Position numbers and translations under genes: made by a program
Assembly: GCF_009914755.1 (NCBI RefSeq)
Contig: NC_060937.1
From: the human T2T-CHM13v2.0 reference genome, Homo sapiens
Length of the DNA: 64,000 bases
Strand: one strand, 5' to 3'
Shown: positions 1-13,240 of the stretch, piece by piece
How positions within the stretch are numbered: position 1 is the stretch's first letter
How the letters are laid out: every line of letters starts with the position of its first letter
The notes under the pieces: generated by a model
Seen by the model: only the letters and a program-made list of their open reading frames with translations
What the model was told of the DNA's origin: nothing
Databases searched by the model: none

Positions 1-283
1 CAATGGGTGCTTGGACTTAGTAGACTTTATTGGTTGATTCCCTTTGTTAAGCTTTTGAATTTGCTAAATATCCCCCTCACGGTATCCTTTGCTCATGACC
101 CCTAATCCCCCACAAACCAGCAAAAAAAAAAAAACAAAAAAAAAGCCAGAAATACATTTTGCCTAAAATTATGTTCAATGAGTTGGATGATTTCATATCA
201 TGAAATTCATGACAGTGATTTTAGTAACCTGTGTAATTCCCTCCTCCCTTCCAAAATAGGAATAAAGGGAGGAAAAAAGATGT

Positions 284-657
284 CGATATGGTTTGGCTGC
301 ATCCCCACCCAAATCTCATCTTGAATTGTAGTTCACATAATTACTATGTGTTGTGAGAGGGACCTGGTGGGAGATAATTGAACCATAGGGGCCGTTTCCC
401 CCATACTGTTTTCATGGTAGTCTCACAAGATCTGATGATTTTATAAGGGGTTTCCCCTTTCGCTTGGCTCTCATTTCTCTCTTGCCTGCTGCCATGTAGG
501 ATGCGCCTTTCACCTTCTGCCATGATCGTGAGGCCTCCCCAGCCATGTAGAACTCTAAGTCATTAAACCCCTTTTTCTTTATAAATTATCCAGTCTCGCG
601 GGTATGTCTTTATCAGCAGCATGAAAACAGACTAATGTGTGAAAACGGACTAATACA
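284..657 (+). mobile_element. THE1-family MaLR solo LTR
   Basis: Starts (t/c)gatatggtttggctg..ccccacccaaatctcatcttgaattg and ends ggactaataca. 5-bp TSD GATGT on both sides. Confidence 0.93.
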
Positions 658-1245
658 GATGTATTTCTTGTATCATTATTTTATTTTGAAATAAACTTAC
701 TGCAATTTAAGTAAACAAATTGACACTGAGGTGTGCCTTTATGTGCTACTTATACACATTTGTGTACATACTGTCTACAGTTTTTTATAGGCTGGAATAG
801 ATTTCTGGGTTTATCTTCAATTTGCATGTCATTGAATAAAAGGAAAAATAGTGCCACCCTTAACTGACAGATTTGGAAAACAGTTATTAATTGAAGATTT
901 AGAGTATCCTGAAGTCCTCACTTGAGACTGTGAGGCAAAATCAGAAAACAAAGGCTTTTGATTGCTCTTAGTTGGCTAAAGCCTACTCTTAATTAACAAC
1001 ATTGTACCTCTATCATTTCTTTCTCCTTAGGCAGATTATCTAGTTTGCCATATTTTGCAGTTTGATTATACTTAATAACTAGTTCAAATATACAATCAAA
1101 TACGTAAAATCCTCTTCCCAAATATATTTCTTTATTCTGGAAGTTGATTCTTTTCCCATTAACTATATTGATATGAAAAACAATTGACAAATTATGCTCT
1201 GATTTAGTGTTTCCTGGTTCATGTGTTTAGGTGCTAAGCATAACA

Positions 1246-1588
1246 TAGGTTGAGCATCCCTAATCCAAAAATGTGAAATCTGAAAAGCTCCAAAATCCTA
1301 AACTTTTTGAGCACCAATATGACACAAGTGGAAAACACCACACCAGACCTCACGTGATGGTGCACAAGACACACAGTTTACTTAGCATCCCCAAGGGGAA
1401 AGTAAAATTACTTTCAAGCTATTTGTAAGGTGTATACAAAAAAAAAAAATGAACTTCATGTTTAGACTTGGGTCCAATCCCTGAACTATATCTCATTATG
1501 TATATGCAAATATTTGAAAATCTGAAAAAAAAGGTTAATTGTAAGCACTTCTTGTTCCAGATACTTTGGATAAGGGATATTCAACCTG
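1246..1588 (+). mobile_element. Tigger4/Zombi (MER46-type) non-autonomous DNA transposon
   Basis: Terminal inverted repeats (c/t)aggttgagcatccct ... agggatattcaacctg, followed by TA. Confidence 0.85.
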
Positions 1589-1932
1589 TAATAATAAAAA
1601 CTCCCCTCTGATATGATTTATCTGATATAGTTTATATTGATAAAAGATAAGTTAAAGCTGCCTACAAAATCAAAGACGTAACATTACCTATTTCTTGAAT
1701 AAAAAATAAGAAAAACAGTTTTATGCTTTGAATGAAAAGGAAAACATTTTTAAAATGAAATGTTTTGTTTATCTCAACTAAATATTGTAGATATTTTACT
1801 TTAACAGTACATATTCCAAACTGATTTAATTTTCAAGTAGAAGATAGTCATAAAACATTTAGCTTCTTACATAATTCAGGAAGAACACTGAAATGTATAA
1901 GTGACATAAAATATCCTGCTCCTATTGATACA

Positions 1933-3315
<1,383 letters not shown>

Positions 3316-4469
3316 TATGAATCCTAAAGTAAGCATTCATTTTGGTATTTTTTAGACCTTTCCCTGGAAATAGAAAATGCTATGCTATTATACCACAAAC
3401 CAAGGGCTATGGAAAACTTTCCTGTGAATCTCTAGGCCTCACTTCCCTACTCCTTTCTCACTAGGATTTGCCTGATCTCCAGCATAGACACTAACAAAAG
3501 GCTTCCCAGAAGAAACAACTCCACTTTATATGTCTGGTGATAATTAATACTGAGTCATCCTCATTGTAATGGTCACTTGAACTGGCCATTTCATAGGCAA
3601 GCTTTAGGCAGTGGCTCTGAAAAATTAGTATTCTCTTACATCCTTGTGAAAAACGGGGAATTTTCTTGGAACCAACCCTCAGAACCTCAGGAATAGAGCC
3701 CAGGAATGTACATTTGCAAGAAGTACCTTCCATTGTTTTGAGTTACAAGGCTCCAGGGGAAATAAAAACCAAAACCAAACCAGAAAATATAAGGCATCTT
3801 TCAAGAAAGGCAGTTTTATTTCAAGACTTGGAGAAAACAACCGTATTGTTTTATATTAAAATAAGCACAAGTATTTTATGGCATAGAAGGCAAGAGTGGC
3901 ACACAATTGGAAGATAAAACAAGGGAGGATTTCAGCTTGCCTTAGACCATGTTAGCTACGTCTCTAGATGCGGAGAGCACTTGTTTTGCTTTCCTTAACT
4001 GTGAGATAAACTTAGTGTTGGAGAAGGACTCTGCCTGCAGATGGCTACTGCTTGTATGTGCTGTCTAGCTATCTCGAAGAACTACTGCCAATCTCACCCC
4101 CATTGGGCACCAGTCCAGTCAAGGAACATAGGGAAAGGAGGGACAAAGGAGAAGAATGCTGCTTCAGATGCTGCAGATATCTAAAATGAGTTGAATCCCA
4201 GGCACCATTTTTTTGCTTTCAACCTTCCTAATTTTCTCTAATCCTTAAAATAAAGATTATAAGGATTAGTAGTGTTTTCTCCCCATTCATTATAGCCAAA
4301 ATGAATCTTAGGTTAGATAACTCGTCCACGGTCACATATTTACTAAACTTCAGATTCAAAATTCCAATACAGATCTTTATCACATACAAGGTGTAGTACT
4401 TTGAAGGAGCTACCTAATGATAACTATAACAACACTGCTACAAACAAGAGCTAAAGTGTATTGAAAAAG

Positions 4470-4690
4470 TCATTCATTTCACAAATATTTATTTAGTGCC
4501 CTAACATGTGCAAGATTCTCTTCTAAGCACTTTCCAGATTTTCATTCATATAATGCTTAACAACGCTATGGGGTTTATACTCATATCGTCCCCATATTAA
4601 TGTGGAAACTGAGGCAAAGAGAGCCCGAAAAACTTGTCGAAGCTCAGAAAGCTGGTAAGCGACCTAGCTGAGAATGCAAACCTCAGACTA
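4470..4690 (-). mobile_element. MIR SINE
   Basis: Reverse MIR core gtccccatattaatgtggaaactgaggcaaagagag. Confidence 0.7.
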
Positions 4691-4943
4691 TCTATTAATA
4701 TCTCTCTGTGCTGCCCAAGCTTCTCATTGTTTCTTTAGACTGTATCTCAGTAAACCTAACTTCCTTAAGTTAAGGATAAGAGTAAAATACGTACCTCACG
4801 TGGTTATCGAGAGGATGAAAATGAGACCATGTACAATGTTCAATAACATTTCACTGAAGAAAGAATATTGGAAATGAGACTTCTCTCTGAGCTTCTGATG
4901 GGTTGGAATCTTGATTGTTGCTACCCATGTACTGAATTTCTTT

Positions 4944-5393
4944 TTTTTTTTCTTTTGACTTTTGTTTTAGATTCAGGGGGTGCATGTGCAAGTGTGTTAC
5001 AAAGGTAGATTGTGTGATGCTGAAGTTTGGGGTATGATTGAACCCATCACCCAGGTCGTGAGCATAGAACCCAGTAGGTAGTTTCTCAACCCTTGTCCCC
5101 TTCCCCACTCTTGTAGTTCCTGGTGTCTCTTGTGCCCATCTTTGTGTCCAGGTGTACTCAATGTTTAGTTCCTGCTAATAAGTGATAACATGTGGTATTT
5201 GCTTTTCTGTGTCTGCATTAATTCACTTAAGATAATGACCTCCAGTTGCATCCATGTTGTTACAAAGGACATGATTTCATTATTTTTTATGGCTGTGTAG
5301 TATTCCATGGTGTACATATAATACATTTGCTTTATCTAATCCACCATTGATGGACGCCCAGGTTGATTCCATGTCTTTGCTATTGTGAATAGT
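4944..5393 (-). mobile_element. L1 3' end fragment (older L1PA13-16-like)
   Basis: ttttagattcagggggtgcatgtgc...ccatgtctttgctattgtgaatagt. Degenerate TSD atgtactgaatttcttt / atgcagtgcatttcttt. Confidence 0.88.
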
Positions 5394-7129
5394 ATGCAGT
5401 GCATTTCTTTCAGTGACATCTCAGATTCTCCACCTCTTGGTAGTGTCTCTCAGGTGCCTCCCCCTGCTCAGTGTCTTCCCTCCCAATAACATCCACTGCC
5501 TTCTTCACACTCAGTGAGACGACAAGTTCCTTCCCAGAGCTGGCATGGCTCTCATGCTCTCTATTGCTTAAGGCTTCCCCCAAACATTAAAATGGAAGGA
5601 GTGGGAGGAGGGTGGAGGAGGTGGAAGAGAAGCAGGAGGAAGCAAACAAGAAATGCTTGGCTGCAAAATGGAAGCATTGGATTACTTTGGTTTTTGAACT
5701 AAAGTAATGATATTTTAAAGTCAAATGTTATTTTATTTTAAATCAAAACCCTATGGGCATAAAATTCATGCTCATCTGTCAAAATCTGATTATTTTAAAA
5801 AAACACTACTTTAACAGTTTCTCAAAGCTACCCACAGAAACTACTGGTTATTCCAGCTCTTTTGCAAGTCGGTATTGTGAACTGTCAGTGTAAATTCTGA
5901 CTGAATTCCTTTAAAATGCAAGAACTTAAGGAATTGAAGAAAAATGCTTGCCAGAATACATTGTGAAAATTGTTCAGCAAGATGTGGGCAACATTGAAAA
6001 CATTTTTAAAAGCAAGTCATTGCCAACTTGGCACTATTTCCAATTTCACATAAATTTCCCTATCTAATTTAATAATACATGAATTAATGAAAAATATAGA
6101 AAAATTACACAATATCATCACATTAATAGCAGTTCCCCAAACTGGATTTTCTCTGCCAAACATACATTGCCAAAAGAGTATTTGTAATACATCCAGCTAC
6201 ATTTTCAGATTTAATCCGTGATAGTGTTTATTTTTAAAACTTTTTCAAATGTATCAGAATAATAACTAGAAGAAGATACAGTAGCCTAGTGGTATTTAAA
6301 ATAGTTATAGTTAAATTTGTTCACAGCTTATTTTTGTGGGACTAACTTTTTAAAGAATATCTACTGAATATTCTTCAGTAAAATTAAAAAAATCTAGGAA
6401 GGTGTAATATGCTACCTGAAAGATGAGTGGAGTGAGGGGCAGAGAGCAAAGATGCAGGAGGCTTTAGCTGCCAACTTCAAAACTATCATGGTCCTAGAAA
6501 AAAATATTTTATTCAAGCTCTTATTTCAAATTGTTGGTTTCAGCTATACTGAAGAAAATTTTAAGGTAAAGTACTTCCCTTTAAATTGATGAGCAATGAG
6601 CTATCAACTGACACTTAGACTTCACTCGGTTAACATTTATTAAGGAAAGACTCAGCAGGCAACATTCCTAGTTGCAATGTACAAAGGCGATGGTCTCTGT
6701 AGCAGGAGAGAGAAAATCAACAGGTAAAAAAGAAAATATATATATATTTTTCAGAGTGGCAAGAGCTGATAAAAACACGATGGTATGATTGAAAGTGTTT
6801 GCAAATTAAATTCAAAGGTAGGTAAGGGTGAATGTCAAGGCAGAATCAACTACACAGTTACTGGGAGCAGCTGTCATCTTAAGTTACACTCAAGCACAAG
6901 GTATTCAGAAAAAAATTTGAAAATTAATGTATCATGATGAGTCACCACCCAGACCTACATAGATTAGAGTTTTTTTATTTTATTATTTATTTATTTATTT
7001 TTTCATATTCTACTGGAGCCGTGGTAGAAAAGGCAGATGATTTATATCCACGTTGAGCACCCCGAGCCTCTCAGTCTATGTAATGGGCTTCTCCTCCACA
7101 ATTTTTATTACAATATTCTTCTGGGCTTC

Positions 7130-7262
7130 ATTATAACTTGATTATCTCCTTCTCTCACTAAATGGTAGGCTCTGTGGGAAAAGGATAGTGTCTTTTTCAT
7201 TGTTTTTTACCTCCAGTGTTGAGGACGTAGTAAGCACAAAATGAATGTTTGCTAGAATGTTT
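7130..7262 (+). mobile_element. L2 3' end relic
   Basis: gtaggctctgtgggaaaaggatagtgtc...gtagtaagcacaaaatgaatgtttgctagaatg resembles the L2 terminus. Confidence 0.55.
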
Positions 7263-8062
7263 TAGTGACTAATTTGATAATGAAAAGAAACAGTATTTTT
7301 CTCAATTTACCAGTAAAATCATTGAGATCTTGTACAATTAATTTATGTCTGAGTCTCATTTTTTGCTCTCTAAAATGAGCTATAAGACTAAAGTTACTTC
7401 CATTTCTACAAGTTAAAGGGAAGGATATCTGACTTCAGAATATTGAAAGGAGGGGGCCAAACTTTATCTTTTATTTTAACCATGAAGACAGCCAGTTTCC
7501 CAAAGGCTACACTTCAGAAAATGTAATTAAAACAAAGAAATAAAACAAAATCAAAGGCTCTCAGAATTTTTGGAGAAAGACAATGACTGTCAGAGTGATC
7601 ACACATTTGAAAGGAGGCCTAGCCCGATAGATATAATTCAAACTGAAGTTAAACCCACTTACTGCTTAAGTTTCTACCTTAATAATCAGGCTTATTTTTA
7701 TATTTTAATAATGACTTCTTAAGTTATTTAACAGAAGGCAATATGGAGCAGACTAAATGAATTACTGTTGAATAGATTATAGCCACATGGATGTTAACCG
7801 TACATACCTTAGGAGTAAAATGAGAAAGAAGACATATTTATAAATATTTTCATAGATTCACACAGGTCAAATACTGTTACCTAATTCTGTGAAGAGTTCC
7901 TGAACCATCAAAGGGAGCACATCTTACAGTAAAACCCATCTGCTGTCCACCCAAATATCTCCCATACTGTATTCAAAACCATTTCAATATTTTTGCATTG
8001 AAGTTTGGGCAAATTTAATAGATCAGGCTTTTATTGTAATGTGTCAAGAAATACACACACAC

Positions 8063-8307
8063 TCGGGAGGCCAAGGCGGGTGGAACACGAGGTCAGGAGA
8101 TCGAGACCATCCTGGCTAACATGGTGAAACCCCGTCTCTAATAAAAAATACACAAAATTAGCCGGGTGTGTTGGCGGGCGCCTGTAGTCCCAACTACTAG
8201 GGAGGCTGAGGCAGGAGAATGGTGTGAACTCAGGAGGCGGAGCTTGCAGTGAGCAAGGATGGCACCACTGCTCTCCAGCCTGGGCGACAGAGAGAGAGAC
8301 TCCATCT

Positions 8308-8340
<33 letters not shown>
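8063..8340 (+). mobile_element. AluY-like SINE, 5'-truncated
   Basis: cacgaggtcaggagatcgagaccatcctggctaac and ggagaatggtgtgaac..ggcggagcttgcag, with a long pure A tail. Confidence 0.93.
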
Positions 8341-8342
<2 letters not shown>

Positions 8343-8374
8343 CAAAAAGACACACACACACATACATATACACG

Positions 8375-8689
8375 TTTCTTTTTTATTTTTATTTTATTTA
8401 TTTATGTTTTGAGACAGAGTCTCACTCTGTCGCCAGGCTAGAGTGCACTGGTGCAATCTCAGCTCACTATAACCTCCGCCTCCCGGGTTCAAGTGATTCT
8501 CTTGTCTCAGCCTCCTGAGTAGCTGGGATTACAGGCATGCACCACCACACCTGGCTAGTTTTTGTATTTTTAGTAGAGATGCGGTTTCACCATGGTGGTC
8601 AGGCTTGTCTCGAACTCCTGACCTCAGGATCCACCCGCCTCAGCCTCCTAAAGTGTTGGGATTACAGGCGTGAGCCACTGCACCTGGCC
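8375..8689 (-). mobile_element. AluS SINE
   Basis: Full-length reverse Alu. TSD-like acacgtttcttt / atatgtttcttt. Confidence 0.93.
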
Positions 8690-8711
8690 ACACATATGTT
8701 TCTTTATTTCA

Positions 8712-9395
8712 CTGTTTCTTTTGAAATAATTTTAGATTTACAGAAATTTCCAAAAATAGTCCAGAATTTTTAAATATACTGTTCGCCCAGCTTTCCCTAA
8801 TGATAACAACTTACATAACTACAATGCAATTCTCAAAAACAAGTAATTAACATTTGTGTAACACTCTTAAATCTGAGAGTCTCTCCAAGTTTTACCATTT
8901 TTTTCCCCTAATGTTCTTTTTCTGCTCTGGGATCCAACCTAGGATCCTATACTCTATTTAGTTTTTATGTATGTCTTATTCTCAATCAGTGACAATTTTC
9001 ATTCTTTCTTTATCTTTCATGATCTTGACAGTTTTGATGAGCACTGGTCAGTTACTTTGTAGAATAGCTCTCATCTGGGTTTTGACTGATATTTTTTCAT
9101 GCTTTAACTGACATTTGGCAAGACTCCTACAGCAGTGAATGTTGTCCTTCTCAGTGCATCCGATTGGAGGGTCATGATGTGATGTTTTATTACTGGTGAT
9201 ATTAACTTTGATCATGGACGTCTCTACCAAAAATACAAAAATTAGCTGGGCATGGTGGCGCATGCCTGTAATCCTAGCTATTCGGGAGGCTGAGGCAGGA
9301 GAATTGCTTGAACTGGCACCCAGGAGGTGGAGGTAGCAGTGAGCGAGATCCTGCCACCGCACTCCAGCCTGGGCTACAGAGCGAGACTTTGTCTC

Positions 9396-9443
<48 letters not shown>

Positions 9444-9640
9444 AATAAAAAAGAAGGATATAATTTGAGGCTACACTAACATCCTATTTTTCCTTAAACT
9501 TTCGCTGGCTGATTTTCCAATTGATAAGTGGATCTTTCCTGCAGCAATTATCACTGCCACATTGACAAAGAGCAATTTTATATTTCACCTATTTCTTCTA
9601 CACATATTAGTTGAACTCATCTGTAAGGAAGAACTGTTCC

Positions 9641-9671
<31 letters not shown>

Positions 9672-9965
9672 TTCGATTATGTATTTGAATAACGTTGTTG
9701 TCTTGGATTTTTGTTGTTGTTCCATGAATTATAATCCAATTCTGTCATTGTTTGATTGCTTAATTGTCCTACTTTGTCCCTGGGAATTTCTCCTGTTCAT
9801 CTGGCTTTCTTTGGACACACCCGTTCCTGTTTGAACACCTCATTTTCTGCAGCCACAAAAAGCTTCAGGCTTATCTTGCATTTTCCTTGCCCCGACCTGA
9901 GCATCAGTCATTTCTATAAAGTGTCCTGGTTCCTGTTCTTGGAGACTGGTATTTACAGAAAGAAG
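8712..9965 (-). mobile_element. L1MC4-like 3' UTR fragment interrupted by an Alu arm
   Basis: tttgaaataattttagatttacagaa..., tactggtgatattaactttgatca and cttatcttgcattttccttgccc...cctggttcct match the L1MC4/5 3' UTR. Confidence 0.72.
9217..9452 (+). mobile_element. Alu linker plus right arm with (AAT)n/(AAAT)n tail
   Basis: gtctctaccaaaaatacaaaaattagctgggc...gcgagactttgtctc followed by (aat)n. Confidence 0.9.
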
Positions 9966-11883
9966 GTATTGTTTCCTAGTCCACAGAAGATACTCCCTGG
10001 GAATTCCCCTAAGATTTGCAGGGGGCTGGAGGTCCCACTGGGACAGTATGTGGTCACGAGTTCCTAAAATTTGGACATAAATACCAACTGAATCCATTCT
10101 TAACCACTGTCTGGCAAGGTTTCAGGACCTTGAGGTTATAGGATTAAAGGCTATGGTGCTAAAAAATTAAAAATACAATATCCAAAGTTCCTGTTCTGAT
10201 CATTATTCCAGCTACTGTCCTGTTCTCTCATCTCTACTCAGTGAGACAGCCAGGTTTTAAATTGATCTAGAAAATTTCCAAACCAGGATAAACACACGAT
10301 ATGAATATATTCCCTGCATTTGCAGCCTCAGGCCCAAGATTTAATCAGATGTGCTTGTTGTTTCATTAAACAAGGTGAGTTATCATTCACAGTGTTGCTT
10401 TAATTAAGCTCATTTGGACAATTAGAATGATTCATATTAATATTTGCATTATTTCTAAATGACAGAAAATGAGCATACTTTACAAGTATACTTGTTTATT
10501 TATTGCCATTTCCAAAGTATCCACACTTAGTTGGTTGTAATAAAAAATAGGAAAATATTATTTTCATCTTAAATTTTAACTGTAAGCTAAAATTTCATTC
10601 TATTTGAACATTTTAGCAGTTGCCATTTCCTTATTGATGGGTCATGGAATGAAATATAAAAGTACAGCATCTAAATGACAATGAAAAATGGTGCAATTGA
10701 CTTAATAAATAGCTTGTTGAAATGTCTAATATCCATGAAGGTTTACCTACCTCTGGCAGGTTTAAAATGTATTAGCTAAACGAGAGGAACAGATTCACTG
10801 TTCAAATGTTAATTTATTTCAATAAATCCCTCAAAGCTGGAAGAAGAAATATCTAAAGCAATCAAAATTCAGGTGTTGTTAAATACATTAAATTCACATT
10901 ACATAACAAATCTTTCTTATGCATTCTTAAATCTATCAGGTTACTATATAAAATGGAATGCTGGAATTCAGAGTTTGCAAAATACCCAACCAATCTTGCA
11001 ATATTTGCTTGTTTCTTTATATTCCTCTTTTTTATGTATGTTGTATTGTAAATTATGTTTTTCATTTTTTGTACAAATTATCTCTAAAATATTTAACCAA
11101 GGCTACTGAAGTCTAGTTCCCCACTGTAATTCCTCAGTTTACTTTTGTGGTTACTCACTGTGCTGCTGTATTCCAGATATAGCCTGTTCAACATCCATCC
11201 ATGGATTTAGTCATTTGTGTATTCATTAATTCATAGACCAAAACAAAGGACCACTCAGCAATCTGATATTAAGAATTAAAAAGCGAAAAAGAGAACGCAA
11301 TAGCTTTATAAAGCAATGGCTTTCAATGTAGTACAAAATATAGGCAGCTGTTGAAATTATTGAAATATAATCAGTAACATAAAGTAGTAGCCTCCAAAAC
11401 ATGGACAACAAAAAGTGCTGTAAAGAGAAACCAAAAAATAACAAAAGCAAAACCTTCTGTTCTACATTTACCTCCGAGATTACTATGTAAACTTGAAAGG
11501 AATTATCTTCTCATGTGCATTTTTCCTCATCTGAAAATGAGAATATTTTATGGGATTATATGTCCTGAACTAATTTTATTACATACGTCTACATAATTAT
11601 TTATTAGAATGTAGTTATTTCCTTTAATTTATTTTATAACTTTTTTTCTATAGTTCCTTCTTGAATTAACATGTTTTGGCCACTACTATAATGGTCTATA
11701 TTTGATATGTATTATTCTCACATATTTTGGAAAGTAAAAATAAGCAAACAAACAAAAACAATAAGAAAAACCCTGGTACTTCACATCCTGACAGCTGTGG
11801 TGGATTAGGCTGTAAGAGATCAACCCTACAGCCAAGAACAACTAGAAAAGCTGAAAAAACAACCTATTTACACAATTAGAGGG

Positions 11884-12310
11884 CGCTCTAGTTTGAATGT
11901 TTGTCCCTTTCAAAACTCATGTTGAAACTCATTCCCTAATGAGGCAGTATTAGAGGAGAAGCCTTTAAGAGGTAATTGGGTCATGAGGGCTCTTCTCTCA
12001 TAAATGGATTAATCCATTCATGAACTAATGGATTGATAGATTAATGGATAAATGCATTATCACGGGAGTGGGACTGGTGGCTTCAAAAGAAGAGAGACTT
12101 GAGCTCGCAAGCTCAGCCCCTGCACCATGTGATGCCCTGTGCCACCTGGGGACTCTGCAGAGCCCACACCAGGAGAAGGATTCCCACCAGACGCAGTCCC
12201 TGAACCTTGGACTTCCCAGCCTCCATAACTGTAAGAAATCAATTCCTTTTCTTTATAAATTACCCAGTTTCAAGTATTCTGTTATGAGCAACAGAAAACA
12301 GACTAAGACA
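11884..12310 (+). mobile_element. MST-family (MSTC/D-like) MaLR solo LTR
   Basis: gtttgaatgtttgtccc..caaaactcatgttgaaa ... aacagaaaacagactaagaca. 5-bp TSD GAGGG. Confidence 0.9.
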
Positions 12311-12724
12311 GAGGGCTACCAAGGAAGTGAGTATTTGAAGGCCTCAAATCTTAGAAGGAGTCAAGGCCTAGCAGTGAGCCCTTCATTTCAAAATTTTTTT
12401 TTTCTCTTCCATGTTTGCTTGAAGAATTTGCTGAATTATAAGCTGTGATGCAGTGGTGGATAAAATGAGCAATAACTGGTATGCAACAGAGTGATAAATT
12501 ACAACACTGGGGCTCCAATGGAAATGAGAGGGGAAAATATCAGTTTAGCATCTAGCAAAGAGAATGAGATCTGGTGAAGACCTCAAAGCTAACCAAAAAC
12601 AGATCAAATGAAAAAAAATTAATAAAATAAAATAAACCTAAAACCTATGTTCAAAACAATTGAATCTGAATTGGATCAAGGTGATCCTCCCCAGACTAAT
12701 GTGCCTGCCAGGGCAAAACTAAGT

Positions 12725-12936
12725 ACCAAATAGTAAATATTTTAGGCACTGCAGGCTACATATGATTTCTCGCCACATATGACTGCTCTCTCTCTCACTC
12801 TCTCTCACACACACACAGACACACACAGACACACACACATTTTAAACATGTGAAAAACATTGTTAGCTTGAAGAATGTGCAAAAACAAGCTGTGTGCCTG
12901 ATTTGGCTTTCAGGCTGTAGTTTGCCAACTTGTGAC
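12725..12936 (-). mobile_element. MER58-type hAT-Charlie element with internal (CT)/(CA) microsatellite
   Basis: ccaaatagtaaatattttaggc ... cctgatttggc..ggctgtagtttgccaac. Confidence 0.72.
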
Positions 12937-12964
12937 CTAGGCCTTGAGTTGAACTTGCATGACG

Positions 12965-13240
12965 TGCTCCATGTCCTTGTCCATACTTGTCACCTTCTAT
13001 TTTATTTTTTGTTGTTGTTTGATTTTGTTACAGCTATCCTGGTGGGTATGAAGTGGTGCCTCACTGTCATTTTTATTCGACTTCCCTAATGTCTGATCGT
13101 TTTAAGCTTTTTTTCATGTGTTTGTTGGCCATTTGTGTATCTTCTTTGGAGAAATGTCTGCGTAAGTTCTTTGCCCATCTTTGGTATCTTTTTGTTGTTG
13201 AGCTGTAGGATTTCTTTATATATTGTGGATATTAAATCAT
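12965..13240 (-). mobile_element. Old L1M fragment (end of ORF2)
   Basis: gctatcctggtgggtatgaagtgg...ttggccatttgtgtatcttctttggagaaatgtct. Confidence 0.8.

Noticed and set aside
5593-5645. Purine-rich GGA tract as a G-quadruplex or regulatory element
   Set aside because: Only two G3 runs; ordinary low-complexity sequence.
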